From assembly GCF_006345805.1 (NCBI RefSeq), contig NW_021832432.1, forward strand, positions 372,001-436,000: a DNA stretch of 64,000 bases. The letters are read 5' to 3'. This stretch comes from Octopus sinensis (Eukaryota). A program made the position numbers and the translations under genes. Under the pieces are notes generated by a model. That model was not told where the DNA came from and ran no database searches. It worked only from the letters and a program-made list of their open reading frames with translations. How positions within the stretch are numbered: the first letter of the stretch is position 1; every line of letters begins with the position of its first letter. Shown piece after piece: positions 52,621-64,000 of the stretch.

Positions 52621-52999
52621 TTTTCTTTGAATCATTTCTTATTCTACACTGCTAATCTATCATCTACGTAATTCAATTTAACCCTAGAACCAGTTCCTGT
52701 GCTACTAAGATCATTCCTTCTGACTCTTTCTTCAAAACACCTTTCTTTAGTCAGCCCGTTTTTTCTTTATCTGTACTGTTTTAAAAAAATGTTGAGTGAA
52801 ACTTCTTTCAAAGTTTGATTTTCTTTTTCCCACATTTTCTTGTTTTCTCTTTTGTGTTCTGCACATTCTGTAAACAGTCTTTTATTTACCATCTTCTTAA
52901 TGAGTGGTTCTTTCTCTTCTGGATAGCAACTCAGATTTGTCTCATCTAGTTGTGCTACTTCTTCAACTCTCATTAAACCTCTTCTCTCACTTCATCTCC

Positions 53000-54170
53000 A
53001 TCATGCTATATTTGTCTTTTGTATTCAGTCTCACTTAGAAATGGGTTGAGAGGAAATTATCCCTGAAATGTCAAGCAGAAATAGCGAATGTGCACATTGC
53101 CTCTTTAATAACCTATCATCTGACTGTTGTCCTTTGCCCTGATCCATGTCAGACCAAATTGGAGCATATACGTTTCTGGTTCTTGTGAAAAGGACATGTT
53201 CTACTAGTCAGATGGTCTGGTCCATCTGTTGCTTGTGCCCTCTGGATGGCAGGCTCAACATGCCATAGTTGCTAATGTGCAAACACATGTTTCAGTTGCA
53301 CCAATTACAGATTTTCCTGGATGGTGAGCTGATGTGATCTTTGTTAGAAACGCTTTTCCACAGCTCAGCTCTTTGACGGAGCTACAATCCTGGGTCAAAA
53401 AAAGACCAAGATTAGATGTCAGGCACTCACTATTTTCTGCCAGTCAGACAATACTGTCTGGAAGTTCTGTGGTAGCAATATATAAAGATCTAGTGATAGG
53501 TAATAGCAATGACTAGCTGGTGTATTTCAGAGAAATTTCAAACCATGTACTATTGTGGATTACTTCTAGAAATCCTTGGCCTGGCAGTGCTATTAAGGAG
53601 CATTGCCAGTTCAAGATAAACTCTGAAGCACTGTCAAGCAGGAATGTCTGAGATGCACACACAATGAAGAAACCATTCTGCATGCACTTGTGCAGTATCC
53701 GAGTATTGCTGACTTGTGGAATTATGTCAAACAGCTGTTATCATATGTAGGACGAATCTGACTATCAGCTGAAGCCATTGTGAGGACCGACCCACCACCA
53801 CTATTAACAAGGTTGGACAGCTGGTATTCCTCTGTTTAGTGGCTATGTCAAAAGAGGTTATGTTGTGGACAAGGCTGAAGGATCAAGGAAAAACACCTTC
53901 CTCTTCAGTCAAGCTCTCGTTGACATAGTTTTAAGGAAAGTGAGAGTGGAGAGGGAAGTGCTACCTCCCAATGAATTTGTGGAAAGATGAGTGACTGTGA
54001 CAACAGTGGTTAGAATGAATGGCCCTGTAGATTGGAGAGCAGGAGAGAGGGCTTGTACCATTGGTAGCCAGGGTAATCCTGGATCTGTGGGGTTCCTTGA
54101 TTAGCCCTAGTTGGAGTTTCTACTGTATCAGGAAGACTGCATCATTCATGTTATCACATACTTTGTATAC
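53000..54170 (+). mobile_element. L1/Tx1-clade LINE 3' relic
   Basis: CLRCTHNEETILHALVQYPSIADLWNYVKQLL from 53645 is the L1/Tx1 C-terminal zinc-knuckle (zf-RVT-like) motif. Confidence 0.7.
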
Positions 54171-54184
54171 TCTCTCTTTTCTCT

Positions 54185-54590
54185 CTTTTCTCTTTTACTT
54201 GTTTCGGTCATTTGACTGTGGCCATGCTGGAGCACCGCCTTTAGTCGAGCAGATCGACCCCGGGACTTATTCTTTGTAAGCCCAGTACTTATTCTATTGG
54301 TCTCTTTTGCCGAACCGCTAAGTGACGGGGGACATAAATACACCAGCATCGGTTGTAAAGCAATGCTAGGGGGACAAACACAGACACACAAACATATACA
54401 CACACACATACATATATATATACATATATACGACAGGCTTCTTTCAGTTTCCGTCTACCAAATCCACTCACAAGGCATTGGTTGGCCCGGGGCTATAGCT
54501 GAAGACACTTGCCCAAGATGCCACGCAGTGGGACTGAGCCCAGAACCATGTGGTTGGTAAGCAAGCTACTTACTACACAGCCACTCATGT
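54185..54590 (-). mobile_element. SINE family B
   Basis: Reverse-complement full copy. Confidence 0.85.
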
Positions 54591-54957
54591 ATACTTTTAT
54601 AGTATTCCACTGTCTTTTCCATCTTTCTTCCCATCCTTTGTGTAAATCCTGCACAAATTGTTTTCTGTCCTTCAAGTGTCCCTCTCATTTATGTCCCTGT
54701 CACTAAATCATCATCATCATTATCATCATCATCATCATCATTATCATCATCATTATTATTATTATTATTAAGGTGGCAAGCTGGCAGAATTGTTAGTGTG
54801 CTAGACAAAATGCATAGTAGCATTTTGCCCATTATGTTTTTTTCAGGGTCAATAAATTAAGTACCAGTGAAATACTGGGGTTGATGTAATGGACTTGTCC
54901 CCTCCCTCAAAATTTCAGGCCTTGTGCTTTTAGTAGAAAGGATTATTATTATTGTTC

Positions 54958-55496
54958 TTGAGTGAGAGAGCAGTGCATGCCATCAAAGTGACACTGGGCT
55001 AAAATATATGAAACCTGATATACCCATCATGACTAGGGCACACCAGGCACGTGCAACACAACCATATGCGTGTGGCATAGTGATCTCATATCAAGACAAC
55101 AGTGCATGATCTTGCAGGTGGGCCCCAGTTAGAATTTTCTTCAGAAGTAGCTCATCCCACTCAAAAGGTCCTGGAATAAGGGTTGTTTAAGAATATTGAA
55201 TGGAACATCCATGTTTCCAGAGGTGAATTATTCAAACCTCAAAGAATTCCTCTGAACACATGGCTATGATGCTCCTCTACTACTTCTGCTCATGATCAGA
55301 GATGCACATATCGTCAGCCACTAAGGGACATGCTCAACTGGTTACGGTCAAACAACTGAGAAGCAAATCTGTGGTACTGAGCAGAATATTTGCTGTAGCC
55401 CATCTTTTATACCAAGAGAAAACAGGTACATGATAACACTTCCAATCAGTTTAGATCAGAAGCTATGAGAGCCAGCGCCTGGTACTGCATCGGGGC
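54958..55496 (-). mobile_element. (AAT)n-embedded ~550 bp non-coding retroelement, copy 3
   Basis: Minus strand starts aataaat|GCCCCGATGCAGTACCAG, the same 5' boundary as copy 2. Confidence 0.75.
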
Positions 55497-55527
<31 letters not shown>

Positions 55528-55553
55528 TATTATTATTATTATCATTATTATTA

Positions 55554-55608
<55 letters not shown>

Positions 55609-55774
55609 CATATTATTATTATTATTATATCATTATTATTATTATCATTATCATTATTATCATTATTATTATTATCATTATTATTATTCATTATTATATA
55701 TTATTATTATATTATTATTATCATCATCATCATCATCCTTCTTCTTCTTCTTCTTCTTCTTCTTCTTCTTCTTC

Positions 55775-55809
<35 letters not shown>

Positions 55810-55810
55810 T
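55497..55810. repeat. Compound (ATT)n/(ATC)n/(CTT)n microsatellite
   Basis: Directly visible. Confidence 0.95.
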
Positions 55811-55950
55811 ATGTTTGACTTTTGCTTTATATTTGTACAAGTTGGCTCCAAGTCTCACCCAGAGACCTCAAGAGACAACAGGTTGGAAGTTCATGTTGTT
55901 GTTATGCCTAGTGTGCCATATATTTGGTTTTGTATTAGTGTTGTACTAGT
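55808..55950 (-). mobile_element. R4/Dong-like retrotransposon 3' UTR
   Basis: Reverse-complement homolog of 13640-13790, ending in (AAT)n. Confidence 0.6.
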
Positions 55951-56619
55951 GTTATTATTATTATTATTATCATTATTATTATTATTATATTATTATTATT
56001 TCAACAGTTATTATGTGAGTTTTTACTCTACCACCATGTTCTTAAGGCTTTGTTGCCACATTGTCTTCTAACAATGAAGAACCATTTGTATTCCAAATCG
56101 TATTCATTTACTTGTCCAATTCAGTTTTGTTGTTTTTGTTATTATTTTAATGTTCCACCTGCTGTGTAAAGTATGTGCATTGTGTCGTGTTATTTTCATG
56201 GGTGGCGTTTGTGTTTCATATGTGCGCTTTGACTGGTGTTGAGTTTTAGTGTAGAGTGCATTTGTATAGCATTAATGGGTTGCATCTGCAAGTTGATAGT
56301 GTTGTCATGACAAGTGTCAATTATGTAAGAAAAAAAGGAGTGTGTTGTGTTATTTTATTCACCTTGTAATGTGAAGTTACACTCTCAACATTCTCTCTCT
56401 CTCTCTTCAGCTGAAGAAGCCATGTAATATCTTCTTCTGCAAGATACTCATTCCTTTCTCTCTATCATACTTACACCTGCTTCAATACTATATCTAACAA
56501 AATTGGGAGGTTTTTGTCTTGTGAGTACTTGTGATCTCATTAGTGCCAGTGTCACAATAAATGCACCCAGACACTCTGATTTTTACTATGTAATTTTGTT
56601 CTGCTATTGTTATTTCATA

Positions 56620-56905
56620 GTAAGGTATACTAGCCATCTCAATATGGCTAACCACTAAGGGTGGGTGTTACTGTAGCTTGTAGCCCCAGGAGATCATTGT
56701 CTCCAGCTGACTTTAGGCACACTTTCTGTGCCCTTATGGTATTTGCAAAGGTTGATGAGGGAGGGATGACCTCCCTTTGCATATACCATAAGGGCACAGA
56801 AAGTGTGTCTAAAGCCAGCTGGAGATGATGATCTCCTGGGATTACAAGCTACAGTAACACCCACCCTTAGTGGTTAGCCATACTGAGATGGCTAGTATAC
56901 CTTAC
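56620..56905. mobile_element. Foldback (hairpin) MITE with apparent TA target duplication
   Basis: TA-aggtatactagccatctc ... gagatggctagtatacct-TA, ~130 bp arms. Confidence 0.75.
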
Positions 56906-56984
56906 ATTGTCGTGCAGTTACTGTTTACATCTCGTTCAGAGATTTATTATTTATTTCATAGTAGTTTTCTATTTATCTCGACCC

Positions 56985-57400
56985 TTACTCTTTCACTTGT
57001 TTCAGTCATTTGACTGTGGCCATGCTGGAGCACTGCCTTTAGTCAAACAAATCGACCCCATGACTTATTCTTTGTAAGCCTAGTACTCATTTTATCAGTC
57101 TCTTTTGCCGAACCACTAAGTTACGGGGGATGTAAACACACCAGTATCGGTTGTCAAGCGATGTTGGGGGGACAAACACAGACACACAAACATATACACA
57201 CACACACACACACACATACATATATATCTACATATATACGACGGGCTACTTTCAGTTTCCCTCTACCAAATCCACTCACAAGGCTTTGGTCGGCCCGAGG
57301 CTATAATAGAAGACACTTACCCAAGGTGCCACGCAGTGGGACTGAACCCAGAACCATGTGGTTTGTAAGCAAGCTACAAACCACACAGCCACTTCTACGC
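56985..57400 (-). mobile_element. SINE family B
   Basis: Reverse-complement full copy. Confidence 0.85.
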
Positions 57401-57575
57401 GTAATATATTCTATCTTAATTAGCTCTGGAGTGATGATTTCAAACCACTGTTAGTAGTTTACTGGATTTTCTGTTTAAGGTCCCCATTGCATTCAACTTC
57501 CAGTTTGTTGTAATGGAGACAACTGTAGTTTATAACTAGTGTATTTATGCCCACTATTTTATTTCTAACACTAAT

Positions 57576-58296
57576 TTAGTTTGTAATATTAGTCTGTCTC
57601 TAAGGCAGTGAGCTGGTAGAATCGTTAGCATGCCAGGCAAAATGCTTAGTGGCATTTCGTCTGTCTTTATTTTCTGAGTTCAAATTCTGTGAAGGTTGAC
57701 TTTGTCTTTCAACCTTTTGCAGTAGATAAAATAAGTACCAGTTGAATACTGGAGTTGATCTAATTGACTTACCCCTTCCCCCGAAATTGCGGGCCTTGCA
57801 CCAAAATTTGAAACCAATATTAATTTGACTCTGAGGCAGAATCATTAGCGACATTTCACCTGTCTTCACATTTTGAGTTAAAAATCTGCTGAGGTTGACT
57901 TTGCTTTTCATCCTTTTGGGGTTGATAAAATAAGTACCAGTTAAACACTGGGGTCAATGTAATCAACTTATCCCTTCTGCTGAAATTACTGGCCTTGTGT
58001 CAAAATTTGAAATCAGTATTAGTCAGACTCTTCTGTAGCATTGTTTCTTTATACCCTCCTTAATTTTTGTGTTGTATGTTTTTTTTTTTCACTTCCAGGA
58101 TATTTTTTGCTTATTGATATCTTGCTTAGTTTGTAATATTAGTCTGTCTCTAAGGCAGTGAGCTGGTAGAATCGTTAGCATGCCAGGCAAAATGCTTAGC
58201 AACATTTTGTCTGTCTTTATTTTCTGAGTTCAAATTCTGTGAAGTTGACTTTGCCTTTCAACCTTTTGCAGTAGATAAAATAATACCAGTTGAATA
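57576..58296 (+). repeat. ~170 bp local duplication of a SINE-A head plus unique flank (57576-57748 and 58126-58296)
   Basis: Shared flank ttagtttgtaatattagtctgtctc precedes both SINE copies. Confidence 0.8.
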
Positions 58297-61111
58297 TCTT
58301 GTATCTTTTACTAGTTTCAATAATAGACTGTGACCATGCTGGGGTACTGCCTTGAATTTTTAGTTGAATGAATCAATCCCAGTACTTATTTATTTTTTTT
58401 AAAGCCTAGTACTTATTCTATTGGTTGCTTTTGCTAAACCGCTAGCTTACTGGGACATAAACAGACCAACTCCAGTTGTCAAGTGGTGATGGTGGTCAAA
58501 CACAGACACACACACATAGATGTATAATATATGATGGGATTCTTTCAGCTTCCATTTACCAAATGCACTCACAAGGCTTTGGTTGTCTCAAAGCAATAGT
58601 AGGAAACACTTGCCCCCAAAGTGTCATGCAATGGGACTGAACTTGAAACTAGGTGGTTGGGAAACAAGCTTCTTGTCTGTGCCAATGTACCTTTTGTGTT
58701 TGAGCTCCCATTTTTAACTTTTTCATATTGGATCCCACCATTTTTATTTCATTAAGTAAAGATAGTTCCTTTCTTTTTTTCTTACTTGTATGTGTTTATA
58801 TTTTCTTTCCATTTTTGTTGGGTAAGGTTTCAACAAGAGCCTGTATCTGGTTCCAACCTATTTTACCCTGCTTCTATCTCTGCTGCTAAATCAATCAATC
58901 AGGTCATCCTATCTGTCAATATTCAGGCATTTCATTGCTGTGCATAGAATTTTTTGCATGGCCCTGTTACATTTATCTATTTTCTCATAGCTGCTTCTTC
59001 AACTGCAGCCTGGACTGTGTTTTTGTTGATCCACATTCATTGATTTGACAATGTTTGCTTTTTCTTTTCTTTATTGATTTTGCTTAGGCTCTCTCTCGCT
59101 GTTGTAATGTGATTTGTGTTTTGATTTATTTTTGCTGTTAGGCAGGACCTCTCAGAGACATTCTGCAAATTAACGAAGTAAAACAAAACTTTTTTGCCCC
59201 CACTCCTCTTTACTCCTTCACAAAATTCAGGGAGGCTGTGAGTTTTTTTTTTTTGTGCTTTTGTTTTTGAGAGAAGGGGCTTATTAGATATTCATAGGCT
59301 CCAACCTGGCTTTAAAGGACTTGGCTAAACCCCACTTACATTGGCTCTGTCGTTTGGTGTGAGGGTCAGAAGTATGCTCTTGTTCATCATCATCATCATC
59401 ATTTAACTCCCACTTTTCCTTACTTGCATGTGTCATGGAATTTATCGAGGTAGATTTTTCTATGGCTGGATGCCCTTCCTGTTGTCAACCCTTGCCTGTT
59501 TCCAAGCAAGGTAATATTTCTCCATAGCTAGATGCGTTTTTCATGAACATCCTTCAATGTATTATAATGATGCTCATTTGCAACCATCCTGCAATATCTA
59601 GGCAAGGGTGTATACACACACACAATGGGCTTCTTTCAGTTTCTGCTTATCAAATCCACTTAACATAGCTTTGGTCAGCCCAGGGCTTTAGTGGAAGATA
59701 CTGTCCAAGTTGCCACACACTGGGACTGAACCAAAAAATCTGCATGGTTGGGAAGTAAGCTTCTCAACCACACAGCCACACTTGTTATGACTAAAGCAGT
59801 TGGTGTTTGGAAGGGCATCCAGCCATAGAAATCATGCTAAAAATAGACACTTAGAGCCTCGACAGCTCTTCGCTTGCCCAGTTCCTGTCAAACTATCCAC
59901 CCCATGCCAGCATGGGAAGCAGACATTAAATGATGATGTGTATTTGGTTGAGTGTTTCTATGTGATAGTGGTGTTTGGAGATATCTATACTCTCTCATCT
60001 TTTTGGATTTGTTATTTTTTTTTCTTCTCTATGTTGCTTTACTGTAATGTCTTAATAGTATCGTGTAGTGACTTTTCTATTATTTTCACTATATTGTAAG
60101 TGCACTTGTCACTGTTGTGTTCTTGTATCTTTTTTCCGGGTCTTGCATGTTTTGTTTGTGGTGGGTTATATAATGATGTTTTTATAGGTTTGTTGTAGGT
60201 GACATTTTTTTACATACAGTTGACTGTTTTGTTTGATTTTTTAATCTTTATTCTGTTTACAGTTTGTTTTCAATTTTGGGCATTTCATTATTCTTTTATT
60301 GTGAATATCTATATTCATGAGTATGTCAGTGTATTTGCTGTAATAGTTTTCTTCACAACAGAATCATCAGAGCTTTTTATTCAATGTTATGTTATGTTGT
60401 GTTTGTTTTGGCTGTCTGTGTTCTGACTTCAAATCCTCTTGAAAGTCAATTTGCTTTTCATCCTTTCAGGATCTATAAAATAAATTACCAGTTAAGTACT
60501 GAGGTTGATAGTATCAGCTAACCACCACTTCTCAAAAAAACTGTTGGACTTATGCTTAAATTAGAAACAACCCTCTTCTTCCCTTGCTTTAATTTGAAGT
60601 ATCTGCACACAAGTCTCAACCAAAGACATCAAGACACAACAAGTTATTTGCATTTGAAGATGCAAAAAAGTATTTGGGTATCATGCAGTTGAAAAACTGA
60701 TGTTTGTGTGTTATATATACAAAAGAAAAAATTACTTTTTTTATAAAATTTATTATACAACTGAATGAATAAGATTGTATTTATTACTTTTCTTGTTATA
60801 ATTATTTAAAAGTATATCATTATTATTATTATTATTATTATTTTAAAACTAGCAGGATCATCGGTATGCTGGTTGAAATGCTAAGCAGTATTTCATCTGT
60901 CTGTGCTTTCTGAGTTCAAATTCTGCTGAGGTCACCTTGGCCTTTGATCCTTTTAGGATCAATAAAATAAGTACCAGTTTAGTACTGGGATCAATGTAAT
61001 CGACTTACTCCCTCCCCCAAAATCGATGTCCTTGTGCCAAAATTTGAAATCACCATCATCATCATTATTATTTTTATTATTATTATTATTATTTTTATTA
61101 TTATTTTATAG

Positions 61112-61217
61112 ATCTATGCCAAAAAGCAAAAAGTACAACGAAAGAAATTTTGGGGGGCATGAGGATTATAAAGCGTGATGTGCCTCGACTGACCGTAACC
61201 AACCATGAACTTTTTCG
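61112..61217 (+). CDS. TBC-domain Rab-GAP arginine-finger exon (IxxDxxR motif), frameshifted as given
   Basis: Acceptor ttattttatag| in phase 0, joining FQAQ to IYAKKQKV. A shifted frame reads MRIIKRDVPR and a further shift TDRN. Donor CG|gtaatt. The entry frame hits TGA at 61160-61162. Confidence 0.8.
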
Positions 61218-61423
61218 GTAATTATCCTCTTTCTTTTTGACTGGAATTTCATTGGTGATGTTTACTTGCTACCTAAAACTACGTTGCTAATTGGTTTAAT
61301 TAGCTTAACTGTCTTTAATTCATTAACGAGAGGAGAAAAAAAAAAAACAGATTTAATTTGAAGCTTCAGTGTGTTTGAGTGTATGTGTCTTTATGTGTTT
61401 GTGTTTGAGTCTGTCTATATAAT

Positions 61424-61457
<34 letters not shown>

Positions 61458-61545
61458 TAGAGACTCAAGAAAGAAAATGCAATATATACTTGATTATTTC
61501 AGTAGACTGGTCAGGTAAATGAAAACAAAGAATATTAATGCTATT

Positions 61546-61591
<46 letters not shown>

Positions 61592-62114
61592 ATATCATTG
61601 CTCTTGTCATCATTGTTGCTACTGCTGCCACCACTGCAATCTTATTTACTCTTTTACTTGTTTCAGTCATTTGACTGCGGCCATGCTGGAGCACTGCCTT
61701 TAATTGAGCAACTCGACCCCGGGACTTATTCTTTTGTAAGCCCAGTACTTATTCTATCGGTCTCTTTTGCCAAACCGCTAGGTAACGGGGACATAAACAC
61801 ACCAGCATCGGTTGTCAAGCAATGCTAGGGGGACAAACACAGACACACAACACACATACGCATATCATCATCATCATCATCATCATCACGTTTAACGTCC
61901 GTTTTCCGCGCTAGCACGGGTTGACGTTTTGACCGGGTCTGGAGAGCTCGGGACTGCCCCAGGCTCCAGTCTAGTCTGGCAGTGTTTCTACAGCTGGATG
62001 CCCTTCCTAACGCCAACCACTCCGCGAGTGTAGTGGGTGTTTTGTTTTACGGCCACCTGCACAGGTGCCAGAGGGGTCTGGCATCAGCCACGTTCGGATG
62101 GTGCTTTTTTTTTA

Positions 62115-62900
62115 TGGTGGGGGGTGCAGAAATATAGGGGAGCACCAGTGGGAGGGGTGGTTCAGAGGACAGGTAATAGGCAAGTAGAACGTAGGATATC
62201 GAGAGAGGGGTAATGCATGGTGAATAGCGTATTGAAGAGGGGGGTTCAAAGAGTAGACACCTATAATGGTGGTGGGGGGGTGCAGAAATATAGGGGAGCA
62301 CCATTGGGAGGGGTGGTTCAGAGGACAGGTTCTAGGCAAGTAACGTAGGATATCGAGAGAGGGGTAATGCATGGTGAAATAGCGTATTGAAGAGGGGGGT
62401 TCAAAGAGTAGACACCTATAATGGTGGTGGGGGGGTGCAGAAATATAGGGGAGCACCAGTGGGAGGGGTGGTTCAGAGGACAGGTTCTAGGCAAGTAGAA
62501 CGTAGGATATCGAGAGAGGGGTAATGCATGGTGAAATAGCGTATTGAAGAGGGGGGTTCAAAGAGTATACACCTATAATGGTGGTGGTGGGGGTGCAGAA
62601 ATATAGGGTAGCACCAGCGGGAGGGGTGGTTCAGAGGACAGGTTCTAGGCAAGTAGAACGTAGGATATCGAGAGAGGGGTAATGCAGGTGAAATAGCGTA
62701 TTGAAGAGGGGGGTTCAAAGAGTAGACACCTATAATGGTGGTGGGGGGGTGCAGAACTATATATGGGGAGCACCAGTGGGAGGGGTGGTTCAGAGGACAG
62801 GTTCTAGGCAAGTAGAACGTAGGATATCGAGAGAGGGGTAATGCATGGTTGATAGCGTATTGAAGAAGGGGTTCAAAGAGTAGACACCTATAATGGTGGG
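62115..62900. repeat. G-rich minisatellite, 5 units of ~156 bp
   Basis: tgcagaa anchor at 62125, 62281, 62436, 62594 and 62750. Confidence 0.95.
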
Positions 62901-62977
62901 AGAAACGACATCCGGTATAGTTGGAGCAAAATAGAAGATATCCGGTATTGGTGGTGGGGGTGGGTAGGGCGAGCGCG

Positions 62978-63601
62978 CCGCGAAGAACCGGCAGCCAATT
63001 TCTAATCAGCCCTGTAAGGGAGATAGATCTTAAATATCTATACGATAACTAGTGAATTATACAGAATATGCAAAAACGAGGCGAGGCTGATAGTAAACAG
63101 AGTGGCGACTAGGGGGATCAGAATAATAATAATTAATAAATAATAATAATAAATAGAGATACGGATGAATTAAAGTTCAAAGATTTCTTATCTTGGGATC
63201 ACTTCGTTTACGGACAGACTTGGCAAAAGGAATTCGGAATCAAGAGTGAGGCAGTTACTAGCTTAAGTATGCATGCCATGTCGAGGAGTAGGAAAGGAGT
63301 CCAGACAGACAATGTAAAAAGAGGGGGAGAGAACCCCCGCGAAGAACCGGCAGCCAATTTCTAATCAGCCCTGTAAGGGAGATAGATCTTAAATATCTAT
63401 AACGATAACTAGTGAATTATACAGAATATGCAAAAACGAGGCGAGGCTGAAATAGTAAACAGAGTGGCGACTAGGGGGATCAGAATAATAATAATTAATA
63501 AATAATAATAATAAATAGAGATACGGATGAATTAAAGTTCAAAGATTTCTTATCTTGGGATCACTTCGTTTATGGACAGACTTGGCAAAAGGAATTCGGA
63601 A
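62978..63601. repeat. Two ~262 bp direct repeats (62978-63239 and 63337-63601) with a 97 bp spacer
   Basis: ccgcgaagaacc...ggaattcggaa repeated, differing mainly by single-base indels. Confidence 0.95.
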
Positions 63602-64000
63602 CATATATACGACGGGCTTCTTTCAGTTTCCGTCTACCAAATCCACTCACAAGGCTTTGGTCGGCCCGAGGCAATAGTAGAAGACACTTGCCCAAGGTGC
63701 CATGTGGTTGGTAAACAAGCTACTTACCACACAGCCACTCCTACGCCTATTTGTCATTAGCTTCCGTTTCAATCTGGGTCAGCTCTGATTGAGTAGACCT
63801 ATAATGGAAAGTGTTCCAGTTATGACCATTACAGCCTATCCCATCCTTCTCTCTGTCATTGCATACCGAGGACTACATTATCTAATGTGTCCTTCCATTT
63901 CTAAAAGTGGTAGGCTGTGATTTATGTGGTGATTTGACTAATTTTTAGCTGGGCATGTGGCCATGTAGAGGCTCACTCTTTGGCCTACCCTCTCTTTGAA

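Noticed and set aside
56410-56450. CTGAAGAAGCC, a possible hammerhead start
   Set aside because: No stem II closure or GAAA core follows.
59140-59200. PLRDIL peptide resembling the TBC LxDIL motif
   Set aside because: It lies upstream of the DVPR exon (wrong order) and is not followed by the Y.QGM motif.
60345-60380. Minus-strand CTGATGA-ttc...gaa-GAAA
   Set aside because: There is no NUH cleavage triplet in register with stem I; too weak to call.
62047-62811. Repetitive Pro/His-rich ORFs
   Set aside because: They are translations of the 156 bp VNTR and are broken by indels between units.
62115-62900. CRISPR-like regular repeats
   Set aside because: The units are contiguous with no unique spacers, the context is eukaryotic, and no cas genes are present.

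Overview
64 kb of AT-rich eukaryotic DNA dense in repeats and microsatellites. The SINE and MITE families resemble those of octopod cephalopods (inferred from repeat content, not from a database hit). One gene is well supported: a + strand, multi-exon TBC-domain Rab-GAP of the TBC1D15/16/17/25-SGSM (Gyp7-like) group. Its phase-compatible exons lie at 42677-42888, 44290-44365, 45965-46077, 48810-49165, 49332-49526 and 61112-61217, with a possible first exon at 22165-22184. The gene runs off the right edge, and its arginine-finger exon is frameshifted as given. The rest is mostly mobile DNA: several tRNA-derived or RTE-tailed SINE families; relics of CR1, RTE, L1/Tx1, R4/Dong-like, CRE-like and Penelope retroelements; mariner, Chapaev3, Merlin-like, piggyBac-like and Helentron-like elements; and Helitrons. 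Highlights are Penelope-type minimal hammerhead ribozyme motifs (one inverted pair), a composite Helitron with two 5' ends, retroelements stacked in (AAT)n arrays, a VNTR-containing composite insertion splitting a SINE, several long foldbacks, and an unrecognised chain of exon-like frames at 1.7-10.8 kb. Almost all ORFs in the supplied track are repeat or microsatellite artefacts. Coordinates were read by eye, so repeat boundaries are approximate.
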